Assembly (NCBI GenBank): GCA_038248205.1
Contig: JBBRUC010000002.1
Span: 1,571-65,570 of the forward strand
Direction of reading: 5' to 3'
From: Thermoanaerobaculia bacterium
Lineage (GTDB): Bacteria > Acidobacteriota > Thermoanaerobaculia > Multivoradales > UBA5704
DNA length: 64,000 nucleotides
In this document: positions 17,049-27,728 of the stretch, in pieces
Layout: the number at the start of each line of letters is the position of its first letter
Position numbering within the stretch: position 1 is the stretch's first letter
Translations under genes and position numbers: made by a program
The notes under the pieces: model-generated
Database searches by the model: none
Told to the model about the DNA's origin: nothing
Seen by the model: the letters and a program-made list of their open reading frames with translations, nothing else

Positions 17049-18280
17049 TGTGGAACGCTCCGCGCCGAACCGTGCTTCTTCTCGCCCTCGGGCTCCCTCT
17101 TGGGCTCTTGGCTGCGGAGCCTTCGAGCCAGCCGAAGGGCGAAAAGAAAATCGAGAAGAAAAAGCAAGAGGGCTTCGCTCGGGTCCAGGCGATCGCACTT
17201 CCCGACAACCCGGCGACGGCCTGGCCCGGCATACAGTTCGTCCAAGCCGATAAACAAGGCCGGGTCTTTCTCCTTCGCGGCGATACGTTGGAACTCTTTG
17301 CCCTCAGCCCCGGTTCGAAGTTGGTTCCTCGCGGACTCCTGGAAGGCGCAGAAGAGCAGGGCGAAAAGGGCGGCTGGGTCGATACTGCGGCACTGTCGGC
17401 CGCGGGAGATGTCTGGGTGACTTTCATGCCGCCGAATCAGCTCGAGGTTTTCCGAGGAGGCAAGAGCGCGCTACGCCTCGAAAGCAAATGGTTGGTTTCC
17501 GCCGTGGCAGCCGCCGACGGCCCGGTGGTGGGCGTCCTGCCCGGTGAGTTCGACCGGGTGACCGGTGAGGCACCCCGCCTCGCCGCGCCGCCATTGATCA
17601 AGGCGTGGGACGGCAAGCGCTGGGAGACCCTGGTCGACGGCGCCGTGCCTGATGGTCGGGAGGCCACCGGCGCGAGCGAGATGGAGTGGCTTCGCGGGCA
17701 GTTCGGAACCCTGATCGCGCTCGCGCCCAACGGTCAGCTCTGGGTGGCCGACCGGAACGCCTATCGCGTCCGCCGTTTCACCGCCTCGGGCCTGCCGAAG
17801 GACGAGCTGCGTGTCGGCAGCGGGGAGGTGGGGTGGTCCGAACGGTCGGACGAAGCCTTCGCCCGCTTGGAGAAAAGCAGCGCGGCGCAGGGCTACTCCT
17901 TCGATCGCACGAAGGTCAGCTCGGTCGTGGCGAAGCCTCTCTACCGTGCGATGACGGTCGGCCGGGACGGCTCGGTCTATCTGATCGCCGAAACGAACGA
18001 CGGTCTGGCACTGGATCGGTTCGATCCTACTTTCCCTGCGTACGATCGGGTGTTGCTCGCCGGGGTGACACTCGCCCCCGGGCGCATCACGTTGGCGTCG
18101 GGCGCACATTCGCTCCTCCTCGCCCCCCGCCTGGCGAAGGATGGCCTCTGGGAAATACCTGAAGAAGCGCTGCTGGAGGCCGACTGGCGAGAGGTACCGG
18201 ACGCATCGGTGAACGGTACGCCGATTCCCTCGAGGCCGCCCGATCCGCCTCCCGTGGCTTCGCTTACGCCAAAGAACTGA
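17048..18280 (+). CDS. Secreted hypothetical protein (possibly beta-propeller-like)
   Basis: Starts MWNAPRRTVLLLALGLPLGLLAAEP (signal). Coupled to the upstream peptide gene. No family recognised. Confidence 0.7.
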   Translation: MWNAPRRTVLLLALGLPLGLLAAEPSSQPKGEKKIEKKKQEGFARVQAIALPDNPATAWPGIQFVQADKQGRVFLLRGDTLELFALSPGSKLVPRGLLEGAEEQGEKGGWVDTAALSAAGDVWVTFMPPNQLEVFRGGKSALRLESKWLVSAVAAADGPVVGVLPGEFDRVTGEAPRLAAPPLIKAWDGKRWETLVDGAVPDGREATGASEMEWLRGQFGTLIALAPNGQLWVADRNAYRVRRFTASGLPKDELRVGSGEVGWSERSDEAFARLEKSSAAQGYSFDRTKVSSVVAKPLYRAMTVGRDGSVYLIAETNDGLALDRFDPTFPAYDRVLLAGVTLAPGRITLASGAHSLLLAPRLAKDGLWEIPEEALLEADWREVPDASVNGTPIPSRPPDPPPVASLTPKN

Positions 18281-18364
18281 GCGGCGGCACCGATCCTGAC
18301 CCCCGTTCGCCGCAGTTGGATCGATCTTGGCTCGGGTAAGGGTGGCAGCTATTCCTGAGGGCGA

Positions 18365-19297
18365 TCACGGCCGATGCGGTCGCGGCTTCTTGGCGACGCT
18401 CGGCTTGGCTTGCACCGGCGACTTCTTGGCGGGCTTGGGCTTGCCTTTCGTCGGCTGCTTGGCTTTCGCGAGGGGCTTGGCTTTCGCGAGGGGCTTGGCC
18501 TTCGCGAGGGGCTTCGCTTTCGCGAGTGGCTTGGCCTTCGGCTTCGCTTTCGCGCGGGTTTTCGACGGCCTTGGGGCGGCTTCCTCTCCGCCGAGGTCCA
18601 GGCCGAAGAGTTCCGCGAGCCCATCGCTTGCCAGGACCTTTTGCGCCGCGGGCGCTTTGCGGCCGACCGGCGAGGCCTTGGCCGCCTGGGCGATCAGCTC
18701 CTGCTGATCCACCTGGCGCAGCGCAAACAGAAGCTCGGGCCGCTCGTCGAGCCGGGCTCCGATGCCGTAGAGCACCGCCGCCACGTGTTTGCACATCGAG
18801 GCCCAGTCGGGGCAGGAGCAGGCGAGCCGAATCTCGCCCGGTGCCGGAAACAGCCCGGTGTGCTTCGCGCAGAGCCGCTCCATCACCCCTGCGGAGAAGC
18901 GCCCTTGGAGCAGTTCGACGAGCGAGTCGATCGCCCCCGCGCAGTCGCGGCAGATCGCGCTCCAACGTGCTTTCGGCAACGGGGCCACCGCGATCTGCAC
19001 CCGGTAGAGCCGGGAGCCGCTGACCAGCGCCGCCACGCCCTCGGCGGTGATCTTGAGGTCGACCACGGAGCCGTTTCGGACGTAGGTGCGGCCGCGCGGC
19101 AGGCGATTCGCATAGTCACTGTAGCGCTCCAGGTTCTCGCACCAGGCCTTGCCCCAAAAAGTGCGGGCGATGGCGCGTCCTGAGATCGCGACCGGCGTGG
19201 CGGGGGTACCTTTCTTGGCGAGTTTCGCCGTTTCCTTGGCCGCTTTGCGCTGCCGTACGGCGACCGGCACATAGGGGCGCCATCCCTCGTCGGACAT
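18365..19297 (-). CDS. SWIM zinc-finger protein with a Lys/Ala/Pro-rich repeat tail
   Basis: CSCPDWASMCKHVAAVLY (CxC...CxH SWIM motif). C-terminal (KAKPLA)x4 plus further AKP-rich sequence. Sits immediately downstream of the SNF2 gene. Confidence 0.85.
   Translation of the reverse strand: MSDEGWRPYVPVAVRQRKAAKETAKLAKKGTPATPVAISGRAIARTFWGKAWCENLERYSDYANRLPRGRTYVRNGSVVDLKITAEGVAALVSGSRLYRVQIAVAPLPKARWSAICRDCAGAIDSLVELLQGRFSAGVMERLCAKHTGLFPAPGEIRLACSCPDWASMCKHVAAVLYGIGARLDERPELLFALRQVDQQELIAQAAKASPVGRKAPAAQKVLASDGLAELFGLDLGGEEAAPRPSKTRAKAKPKAKPLAKAKPLAKAKPLAKAKPLAKAKQPTKGKPKPAKKSPVQAKPSVAKKPRPHRP
18467..18538. repeat. 18-bp tandem repeat (4 units) encoding KAKPLA
   Basis: ggctttcgcgaggggctt-like units. 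Coordinates derived from aa 254-277 of the SWIM protein. Confidence 0.85.
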
Positions 19298-19300
19298 GAG

Positions 19301-22087
19301 TCACTCCCCGAGCGCGGACGAAAGGTCGAGCGCCACCAGCCGCAACAAATCGGCGTCGTTCAGCTCGGTCAACTGCGGTCCGGCGTCGCCTTCCAGCAGG
19401 TCGCGCGCCAAGCCCCGCTTCGACTCGATCAACTGGTCGATTTTCTCTTCGACGGTGCCGCGGCAGACGAATTTGTGTACCAGAACGTTACGGGTCTGGC
19501 CGATACGAAACGCGCGATCGGTGGCTTGATTCTCCACCGCCGGGTTCCACCAGCGGTCGAAGTGTACGACATGCTGCGCCGCGGTGAGGTTCAAGCCGGT
19601 CCCTCCCGCCTTGAGCGACAGGATGAAGAAGGGCACCGACTCATCCTCCTGGAACCGCCGTACCAGCTCTCTCCGTGCCTTCACTTCGGTCGCGCCGGAG
19701 AGCACGAGACCCGGCCGGCCGAAGACCTGGCCGAGAAAGGCCGCGAGGGGCGCGGTCATTTCGCGGAACTGGGTGAAGACCAGAATTTTCTCCTGCTTGG
19801 CGGCGACCACCTCGGCGATCTCCCGCAGGCGCGACCACTTGCCGCTGTCGCCTTCGGCCCAATCGCCGTCGCCCAGCCACTGCGACGGGTGGTTGCAGAT
19901 CTGTTTGAAACGCATCAGGAACGCCAGCACCAGGCCGCGGCGCCGGATCCCGTCGGTGATCTCAAGGCGTTGAGCCAGCTCCCGGACGGACTCCTGGTAG
20001 AGCGCCGCCTGCTTCTTGCCGAGGGGGCAAAAGGCGGTGAGTTCGATCTTTTCGGGCAGATCGGCGATGACGCTCCGGTCGGTCTTGAGCCGGCGCAGAA
20101 TGTAGGGTCGCACCAGCTCGCGTAGCGGGCCGAACGGCTCGTGAGGCCGCTCGGCGAGGCGCTTGGTGTAGGTCGCGAATTGCTTGGCCGAGCCGAGCAG
20201 GCCGGGGTTCAAGAAATCGAAGATCGACCAGAGGTCGCTCAACCGGTTCTCGATCGGCGTACCGGTCAGAGCGATGCGCGCGCGCGCCTTGAGCTGCTTG
20301 GCGGCCCGCGTTTGCCGGGCATTGGGATTCTTGATCGCCTGCGCCTCGTCGAGGACCAGCAGGTGCCATTGGGTGGTCACCAGCCAGGGGAGCCGGAGGA
20401 TCGAGCCGTAGGTCGTGATGACGAGATCCTTGCCTCGGATCCGATCGGCTGACAGCCCTTTCAGTCCTCCCAGCTCGGCGGCCGGCAACGCCGAGGAGTG
20501 GGCGACGAAAACCTTGAGGCTCGGCGCGAAACGTTCGATCTCGGCGGCCCAGTTGGCCAGCAGGGAAGCCGGTGCGATGAGCAGGCTGGGGCGCTTCGAC
20601 TTCTCCTTCCGCGCCTGTTCGACCAGCAGCAGCGCCAGGATCTGAATCGTCTTGCCGAGCCCCATGTCGTCGGCAAGGCAGGCGCCGAGGCCGAGGCGCG
20701 ACAGCAGATGAAGCCAACGCAGCCCCGCTTGCTGGTACGGGCGCAAGGCACCGATCAACGCGCGCCCCGGATCGATCGGCGCCAGACCTTCCGGAGAGCG
20801 GAGCCCCGCGAGCGTCTCGGCGAGCCAGGCGCCGGCGACTACGCGCGACCCTTCATCGTGGGCTTGGCCCGCCAACTCGCCCGGGGCGATGTCGGCGCCC
20901 GCGAGCGCCCGCATCGCCCCGAGAAAGTTGAGCCCTTCCGCCGCCGCCAACTCCTCGGCCTGCCGGAAGCGGTCCATGGTCGCCTTGAGCCCCGCCGCAT
21001 CGATCTCGACCCAGCGCCCACGCACCAGCGCGAGCCCCTCCGTGGCGCCGAGCAGGGCACGGATCTCCTTCGGGGTGAGGACTTCACCTTCCAGGGTGAC
21101 CGACATCTGGAAGTCGAGCAGCGCCTCCTGGCCCAGCCCCGAAGGCGGCCGGCTCCCCAAGGTCGCACCGACCTGCGGACGGGGCGGACGATGCGCCCGC
21201 CAGCCGGCCGGCATCCGCACCACCACGCCGGAGCTTTCGAGCGCCGGGACGTCGCGCAGCAGGCGCAAGGCCTCCCGAGGTGTCCAGCGCAGCGGATGGT
21301 AGATCTCGTCGGCGTCGACCATCTCGCGCAGCCAGGCGCAGCGCGCCGCGGCGCGCTGGACCGGTAGGAGCAGAGCGAGCAGGCGGTCCCGGTTCGCCGC
21401 GTCGGCGGATTCGCGCAGGGCGGCTCCGAGCGGCAGATGCTGCGCCTTGCCGTGGGCCGAGAGCCGGGTCGTATAGGTTGCGAGGAAGGCGAACGGCGCC
21501 GCCTCGTCGGTGCGGTTCTCGGCCAGATTGAAGTGGACCCGGCCGACCAGGTTCCAGGCCGGATGGAGCCGCTGAAGAAACTCCGGCAACGAAGCCTGCG
21601 AAGCGGCAAGCTCGGCCGAAAACGCCCTGCCGGTCTCGTCCCACAGGGCGGCGAGGACGGCAGGGGTCAGGTATTCGGCGCCAGCCATCGGCGGCACGGC
21701 CCGCGCGAGATGCTCCAGCGCCTCGGTCGGCGGCGCAGGGAGACGGACGGGAGTGCGCGGACTCTCGCCCTCGGCGGCCTCCGGTTCGGTACACAGCGTG
21801 GTGACGTAGCGCGCGCCGAACTCGCGCCAGAAGGCGAAAGCAGGGGGCAGAGCAACGCCCACCTCGCACGCGCCGAGGCGCAACAGAGCGTGGCCCGAAC
21901 CCCGCGCGAAGGCCTCGCCGAGGCGTCGAGCGAGGTCGGGTGCAAGGGCAGGAGCTTCGCTCGCGCCGCGCAGCACGAGGCGGCCGTGCGGGGTGAGGCA
22001 CGGGGCGAGGCGAAGCTCGGCCGGGGGATCGGCCGGAGGATCGGCCGGGCTCGCCAGCGGACGTTGGGGGGTGCGCATGGGAGGCAT
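19301..22087 (-). CDS. SNF2-family DEAD/DEAH helicase with an SNF2-associated N-terminal region
   Basis: LADDMGLGKTIQ (motif I), LVLDEAQAIKN (motif II), and helicase-C motifs LSLKAGGTGLNLT and DRWWNPAVENQATDRAFRIGQ. Confidence 0.9.
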   Translation of the reverse strand: MPPMRTPQRPLASPADPPADPPAELRLAPCLTPHGRLVLRGASEAPALAPDLARRLGEAFARGSGHALLRLGACEVGVALPPAFAFWREFGARYVTTLCTEPEAAEGESPRTPVRLPAPPTEALEHLARAVPPMAGAEYLTPAVLAALWDETGRAFSAELAASQASLPEFLQRLHPAWNLVGRVHFNLAENRTDEAAPFAFLATYTTRLSAHGKAQHLPLGAALRESADAANRDRLLALLLPVQRAAARCAWLREMVDADEIYHPLRWTPREALRLLRDVPALESSGVVVRMPAGWRAHRPPRPQVGATLGSRPPSGLGQEALLDFQMSVTLEGEVLTPKEIRALLGATEGLALVRGRWVEIDAAGLKATMDRFRQAEELAAAEGLNFLGAMRALAGADIAPGELAGQAHDEGSRVVAGAWLAETLAGLRSPEGLAPIDPGRALIGALRPYQQAGLRWLHLLSRLGLGACLADDMGLGKTIQILALLLVEQARKEKSKRPSLLIAPASLLANWAAEIERFAPSLKVFVAHSSALPAAELGGLKGLSADRIRGKDLVITTYGSILRLPWLVTTQWHLLVLDEAQAIKNPNARQTRAAKQLKARARIALTGTPIENRLSDLWSIFDFLNPGLLGSAKQFATYTKRLAERPHEPFGPLRELVRPYILRRLKTDRSVIADLPEKIELTAFCPLGKKQAALYQESVRELAQRLEITDGIRRRGLVLAFLMRFKQICNHPSQWLGDGDWAEGDSGKWSRLREIAEVVAAKQEKILVFTQFREMTAPLAAFLGQVFGRPGLVLSGATEVKARRELVRRFQEDESVPFFILSLKAGGTGLNLTAAQHVVHFDRWWNPAVENQATDRAFRIGQTRNVLVHKFVCRGTVEEKIDQLIESKRGLARDLLEGDAGPQLTELNDADLLRLVALDLSSALGE

Positions 22088-22299
22088 TGTGACGCAGGAA
22101 AGGATGGGAACTCATGGCAGCCCGGTTCGATGTATCGGTGGGAGTGGATCGGGTGGGGATTTGGGCCGCTGGCACCCCCTCGGCTCGATTTGGTACCATC
22201 CGCCGGTCCGTTCTCGGTCTCGCCGGCTGGCGCCGGGAGATCTTCCCTTCGTTTCTACAGGCTCGGGGGCCCTTGCAGGTCCTCGCGAGAAGGTGCCCG

Positions 22300-23466
22300 A
22301 TGGCGCAACGCGACGTACATTTGTTTACTTCGGAGTCGGTGACCGAGGGTCATCCCGACAAGGTCTCCGATCAGATCTCCGACGGCATTTTGGATGAGGT
22401 TCTACGTCACGATCCCACCGGTCGGGTGGCGGCCGAGACGCTGGTGACGACCGATCTGATCGTCCTCGCGGGCGAGATCACCAGCACCGCGCAGGTCGAT
22501 TTCGAGAGCATCGCCCGCCAGGCCGTGCGCGAGATCGGCTATGTCCGTTCCGATATCGGCTTCGACGCCGATTCCTGCAAGGTGATCAACCGGATCCATT
22601 CCCAGTCGCCCGACATCGCGATGGGCGTCGACACCGGCGGCGCGGGCGACCAGGGACTGATGTTCGGCTTCGCCTGTCGCGAAACCGAAGAGCTGATGCC
22701 GCTGCCGATTACGCTCGCCCACGCGCTCACCCAGCGGCTTGCGCGTTCCCGTCATTCGGGCGAGCTGGGCTGGCTACGACCCGACGGCAAGAGCCAGGTG
22801 ACGGTCGAGTACGACGGCAAAAAGCCGGTGCGGGTGCATACGGTCGTCATCTCGACCCAGCATGCGCCGGAGGTCTCTCAGCACGAGATTCGCGAGAGCG
22901 TGATCGAGAGCGTGATCCGGCCGTCGATTCCGGCCGAGCTGCTCGACCGCAACACCATTTTCTACGTCAATCCCACCGGCCGCTTCGAAATCGGCGGTCC
23001 GCACGGCGATTGTGGCCTGACCGGGCGGAAGATCATCGTCGATACCTATGGCGGCTATGGCCGTCACGGCGGCGGCGCGTTCTCGGGGAAGGATCCCACC
23101 AAGGTCGACCGTTCGGCCTGCTACATGGCGCGCCACATCGCGAAGAACCTGGTGGCGGCGGGCCTCGCCGAGCGCGTCGAGGTGCAGCTCGCCTATGCGA
23201 TCGGCGTCGCCGACCCGGTCTCCGTGCGGGTCGATTCCTTCGGCACCGGTTCGATCGGCGAGGACGAGATGGAGCGTCTGGTGCGCTCGGCGTTTCCGCT
23301 CACCCCGAAGGCTCTGATCGAAAATCTCGACCTGCGGCGACCGATCTATCGGCCGACCGCCGCCTATGGGCACTTCGGCCGCGCCGAGTTCTCGTGGGAA
23401 AACACCGACCGGGCTCCGGAGCTGCGCATCGCCGCCGGCCTCGGCGAGCTGACGCCCGCCACGTAA
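22300..23466 (+). CDS. metK: S-adenosylmethionine synthetase
   Basis: [28 protein letters not shown]..., [28 protein letters not shown]. Start is the internal ATG (M63 of ORF 22114). Confidence 0.95.
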   Translation: MAQRDVHLFTSESVTEGHPDKVSDQISDGILDEVLRHDPTGRVAAETLVTTDLIVLAGEITSTAQVDFESIARQAVREIGYVRSDIGFDADSCKVINRIHSQSPDIAMGVDTGGAGDQGLMFGFACRETEELMPLPITLAHALTQRLARSRHSGELGWLRPDGKSQVTVEYDGKKPVRVHTVVISTQHAPEVSQHEIRESVIESVIRPSIPAELLDRNTIFYVNPTGRFEIGGPHGDCGLTGRKIIVDTYGGYGRHGGGAFSGKDPTKVDRSACYMARHIAKNLVAAGLAERVEVQLAYAIGVADPVSVRVDSFGTGSIGEDEMERLVRSAFPLTPKALIENLDLRRPIYRPTAAYGHFGRAEFSWENTDRAPELRIAAGLGELTPAT

Positions 23467-23532
23467 GCCCTTTCTAAAAGCACCGCCTACCGATTCGATT
23501 AAGCCGGAAGCGAACTTTCAACGTAAGCCCAT

Positions 23533-23557
23533 GGGAGCGCCTGAACAAGGCGCTCCC
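23533..23557 (+). other. Perfect 9-bp stem hairpin between metK and ahcY
   Basis: GGGAGCGCC-tgaacaa-GGCGCTCCC, 21 nt upstream of the ahcY ATG. There is no immediate T-run, so the function (terminator, attenuator or stabiliser) is unresolved. Confidence 0.35.
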
Positions 23558-23560
23558 TAG

Positions 23561-24853
<1,293 letters not shown>

Positions 24854-24856
24854 GCC

Positions 24857-24886
24857 GTAAGGGCGGCCCCCCGTGGCCGCCCTTAC
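24857..24886 (+). terminator. Putative intrinsic terminator after ahcY
   Basis: 12-bp perfect stem GTAAGGGCGGCC-ccccgt-GGCCGCCCTTAC followed by AATTCTT (weak T-tract). Confidence 0.55.
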
Positions 24887-25029
24887 AATTCTTGCGCCTC
24901 TTTGCGCGACTTCTCGTCGCCGATTTGCGTGTCCCGATCGGCGGCGTTCGGGACACCTTGCGTAGGAACCGGGCGATTCGCCCGGTTTTCTCTTCCCCGC
25001 CATCGATCAACGTTTCCGAGGAGATTCGG

Positions 25030-25323
25030 ATGCTCCCTACGTGCTCTCGACGTGTGCTCGCCGTTTTCGCCTGCTGTGTGGTTCTGCTCACCGTCGGGGC
25101 GCTTCCGGCCGCCGCCTTCCCGGGTTTCGGGTCGTCGAGCGACAGCGGACTTTCCTTCGGGTTCGAGCCCGGGGCGTGGCTCGCGAGCCTCTGGCAATCC
25201 CTCGGCGCGCCGGTCGCTTCTCTCTTCGCGGCCGATGAAACCCCGCCGCCGCCGACGGTGCCGACGCCGCCGATCAACAACGTGGGGATCACCATCGATC
25301 CCGACGGTACGCCCCATCAGTAG
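25030..25323 (+). CDS. Small secreted protein related to 14939..15295 (Cys-less)
   Basis: GAGGAG lies 7 nt upstream. Signal MLPTCSRRVLAVFACCVVLLTVGALPAAA. GAWLASLWQSLGAPVASLFA resembles GALFARFWGALSAIWA, and C-terminal GITIDPDGTPHQ resembles GCIFDPDGRC. Confidence 0.55.
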   Translation: MLPTCSRRVLAVFACCVVLLTVGALPAAAFPGFGSSSDSGLSFGFEPGAWLASLWQSLGAPVASLFAADETPPPPTVPTPPINNVGITIDPDGTPHQ

Positions 25324-25338
25324 GGGTTTGGGCGGCCG

Positions 25339-27144
25339 CTACCGCTTCCGCGACAACCCGGCGATCAATCCCACGACGAACAGGATCGACCAGGTGTACC
25401 AGGGGCCGCCGGAGCTGGCGAGCACGGCTCCGGCGACCATGCAAAACCCGCCGAAGATGGTGCCGCGTAGGCCGGCGAACGGGTTCTCCGGCGCCCGGCG
25501 GGCCATCTGCTCGATCATCTTGGCCCCTTCCATCACCAGCCCGGGGGTCTTGCCCAGCGCTTCGAGCAGCTCGGGCACGCTGCGCAGGAACTGGCGGCCG
25601 AGGGTGATCGGGCTGAACTGATCCATGAAGATCTTGTTGGCGTGGCTCTGCGAGACCGCGGCCACGTCGAGCCCCGGTTTCAAGATCTGCCCGACCCCTT
25701 CAAACGTCACCAGGGCTTTGACCATCAGCACCATCTCGACGGGGAAGAACAGCCCGTGCTGGGCGCCCATGTTGACCGAGTAGAGAATCAGCTGGGCGAG
25801 CGAGAAGTCCTGGAAGTTCTTCGACCGCCCCCAGCGCGCGAGGATCTCGGTCAGCTCCCGGCGGAAGCCGTTCGGGTCGGCGCCGGGCCCTTCCTGGGCG
25901 ACGTTCACCAGGTAGCGCGCGGCGCCTTCGGCGTCGCCCATCACCAGCGAATAGAAATAGTTGAGCAGCGTCTTGCGGAGCTCCGAATCGAATCGGCCGA
26001 CCATGCCGAGGTCGATGAAACCGAGCCGCGGTCCGTCGGGGCCGGGGAGGATCAGGAGGTTGCCCGGATGGAGGTCGGCGTGGAAGAAGCCGTCCTTGTA
26101 GATCATCCGAATGATCGCCGCGGCGCCGTAGTCGATCAGCCGATCGCGATCGCTTTCCGACAGCTCCAACGCCTCCGGATCGCTCGGCTTGAAGCCGGAG
26201 AAAAACTCCATGCACAAGACCCGCGAGCCGCTGTGCTCGCGGTAGATCTTCGGGAACGCCACGCCGGGTAGATCGGCGAAATTGGCGGCGAACGTCTCGG
26301 CGTTGTCCGCCTCGCGGCGCAGGTCGACCTCGCGCTTCGTGTACTCGACGAACTCAGCGATCACCCGCTTCGGCTGGTAGCGGGGGAGGATCTTCTGGAG
26401 GATCGCCCCGAGACCCTTGAGCAGCCAGGCGTCGCGCGTGAGCGTGCCGCGAATGCCGGGCTTGACGACTTTCAGGATCACCGAGTCGCCCTCGATCGTC
26501 GTCGCCCGATGCGTCTGGGCGATCGAGGCCGAGCCGAGCGGTTTGGGATCGATCCAAGAAAACAGCTCGCCGATCGGCCGGCCGAGATCGCCCTGGATCA
26601 GCTCGCAATAGCGCTCGAACGTCACCACCGGCAGCCGATCGAGCAGGTTTTTAAGTTCCTCGGTAATCGACTCCGGCAGAATGTCCTGGCGCAAAGCGAG
26701 CACCTGCCCGAGCTTGATGTAGGTCGGCCCGAGGATCTCCAGCCGCCGCCGTAGCTGCACGGGAAAGGGGAGATCCCGCAGCTGTCTGTCGAGCAACGGC
26801 CGGACCATCCAGGCGAGCAGCTTTTCCAGCCGGAACAGGAGGGCAAAGCCGTTGCCCCGCCCGAACTGCTCCCCCTGCTGCGCATGGGCCACCAGCCCGC
26901 CGTTCAACAGCCCGAGAAAATGCTTGTGGGTGGTGAGCAGCCGGCGAAACACCCCCTCGGGCGGCTCGTCCGGCATCAGCTCCCAACCGGCCTGAGCGAT
27001 CCGCGGCGGCCGCGGACGCTCGGCCGACGGCGGTGGCGGCGGCCAGCTCGGCTCCACTGGCTCCGCAACCGTGGCGACCTCGATCTTCAACTCTAGATCC
27101 GGATCGAGCGACGTGATGGTTTCCGGGGGGGGCACAGGCGTCAT
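25339..27144 (-). CDS. ABC1/UbiB-family atypical kinase with C-terminal TM segment
   Basis: LGPTYIKLGQVLALRQDILP, PLGSASIAQTHRA, FFHADLHPGNLL, IDLGMVG. Confidence 0.85.
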   Translation of the reverse strand: MTPVPPPETITSLDPDLELKIEVATVAEPVEPSWPPPPPSAERPRPPRIAQAGWELMPDEPPEGVFRRLLTTHKHFLGLLNGGLVAHAQQGEQFGRGNGFALLFRLEKLLAWMVRPLLDRQLRDLPFPVQLRRRLEILGPTYIKLGQVLALRQDILPESITEELKNLLDRLPVVTFERYCELIQGDLGRPIGELFSWIDPKPLGSASIAQTHRATTIEGDSVILKVVKPGIRGTLTRDAWLLKGLGAILQKILPRYQPKRVIAEFVEYTKREVDLRREADNAETFAANFADLPGVAFPKIYREHSGSRVLCMEFFSGFKPSDPEALELSESDRDRLIDYGAAAIIRMIYKDGFFHADLHPGNLLILPGPDGPRLGFIDLGMVGRFDSELRKTLLNYFYSLVMGDAEGAARYLVNVAQEGPGADPNGFRRELTEILARWGRSKNFQDFSLAQLILYSVNMGAQHGLFFPVEMVLMVKALVTFEGVGQILKPGLDVAAVSQSHANKIFMDQFSPITLGRQFLRSVPELLEALGKTPGLVMEGAKMIEQMARRAPENPFAGLRGTIFGGFCMVAGAVLASSGGPWYTWSILFVVGLIAGLSRKR

Positions 27145-27218
27145 TCTACTCGTCTTGGGGGAGACCGAGGGCTCGCGCGCCCCGCCGGGAATGCCTGGAG
27201 GGGTAGAATGGCATTCCC

Positions 27219-27422
27219 ATGGAACCGATCGTCGATCCTCGAATCGAAGCCCGGATGCAAACGACGCTTGAGTTGTTCGAACTCGCCGAGATGATGATGC
27301 GCGAGAACCTGCTCCGCCGATTTCCGTCCGAGACGGACGAACAGCGGCATCTACGATTCATCGCCTGGCGCCAGAAGGGGCCCTGGGCCGGGCCGGTTCC
27401 GCCGGCCACTTCTCGAACCTGA
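27219..27422 (+). CDS. Small hypothetical protein (67 aa)
   Basis: Coding-like codon pattern. Its stop lies 2 nt before the next ATG. No family recognised. Confidence 0.45.
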   Translation: MEPIVDPRIEARMQTTLELFELAEMMMRENLLRRFPSETDEQRHLRFIAWRQKGPWAGPVPPATSRT

Positions 27423-27424
27423 GC

Positions 27425-27694
27425 ATGGCTGTCCTGGATCGGGCGCTGATCCGCCTCGATGCCGATTTGAGGGCGCTCGGCGTTCGTTGGGCTTTGGTCG
27501 GTGGGGTTGCGATCAACGTCTACGTCGAGCCCAGAACGACCAGCGATCTCGACTTAGTGATCGCCGTTCAGAGCGACTCGGCGGCGGAAGGACTGATTCG
27601 TTCTCTGAGGAATCGAGGGTACTCCGATAACCCGGAAGGTGCACTCGTCGAACAAACCGACGTGGGACGGCTGGCAGTCGCGGCAAAGACTTGA
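27425..27694 (+). CDS. Nucleotidyltransferase-fold protein, probably truncated (89 aa)
   Basis: WALVGGVAINVYVEPRTTSDLDLVIAV resembles the GG...R.T.D.D minimal-NTase signature. The length is about half that of typical family members. Confidence 0.45.
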   Translation: MAVLDRALIRLDADLRALGVRWALVGGVAINVYVEPRTTSDLDLVIAVQSDSAAEGLIRSLRNRGYSDNPEGALVEQTDVGRLAVAAKT

Positions 27695-27728
27695 TGCGCG
27701 AGCTGGGCCTGCTCTTGGCGGAGTTGCG

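Noticed and set aside
18264-18965. ORFs 18264..18965 (-), 18327..18707 (+) and 18349..18624 (-) overlapping the SWIM gene tail
   Set aside because: They are alternative-frame readings of the KAKPLA/AKP repeat DNA. The SWIM frame carries the zinc-finger motif and continues in-frame through the repeats.
22088-22299. SAM riboswitch in the 212-nt region upstream of metK
   Set aside because: I could not find the conserved S-box cores (GGCAACC, GGUGCCAAUUCC-like, P1 CUUAUC/GAUAAG) or other SAM-class signatures by eye. The region must also hold divergent promoters. A covariance-model scan is needed before any call.
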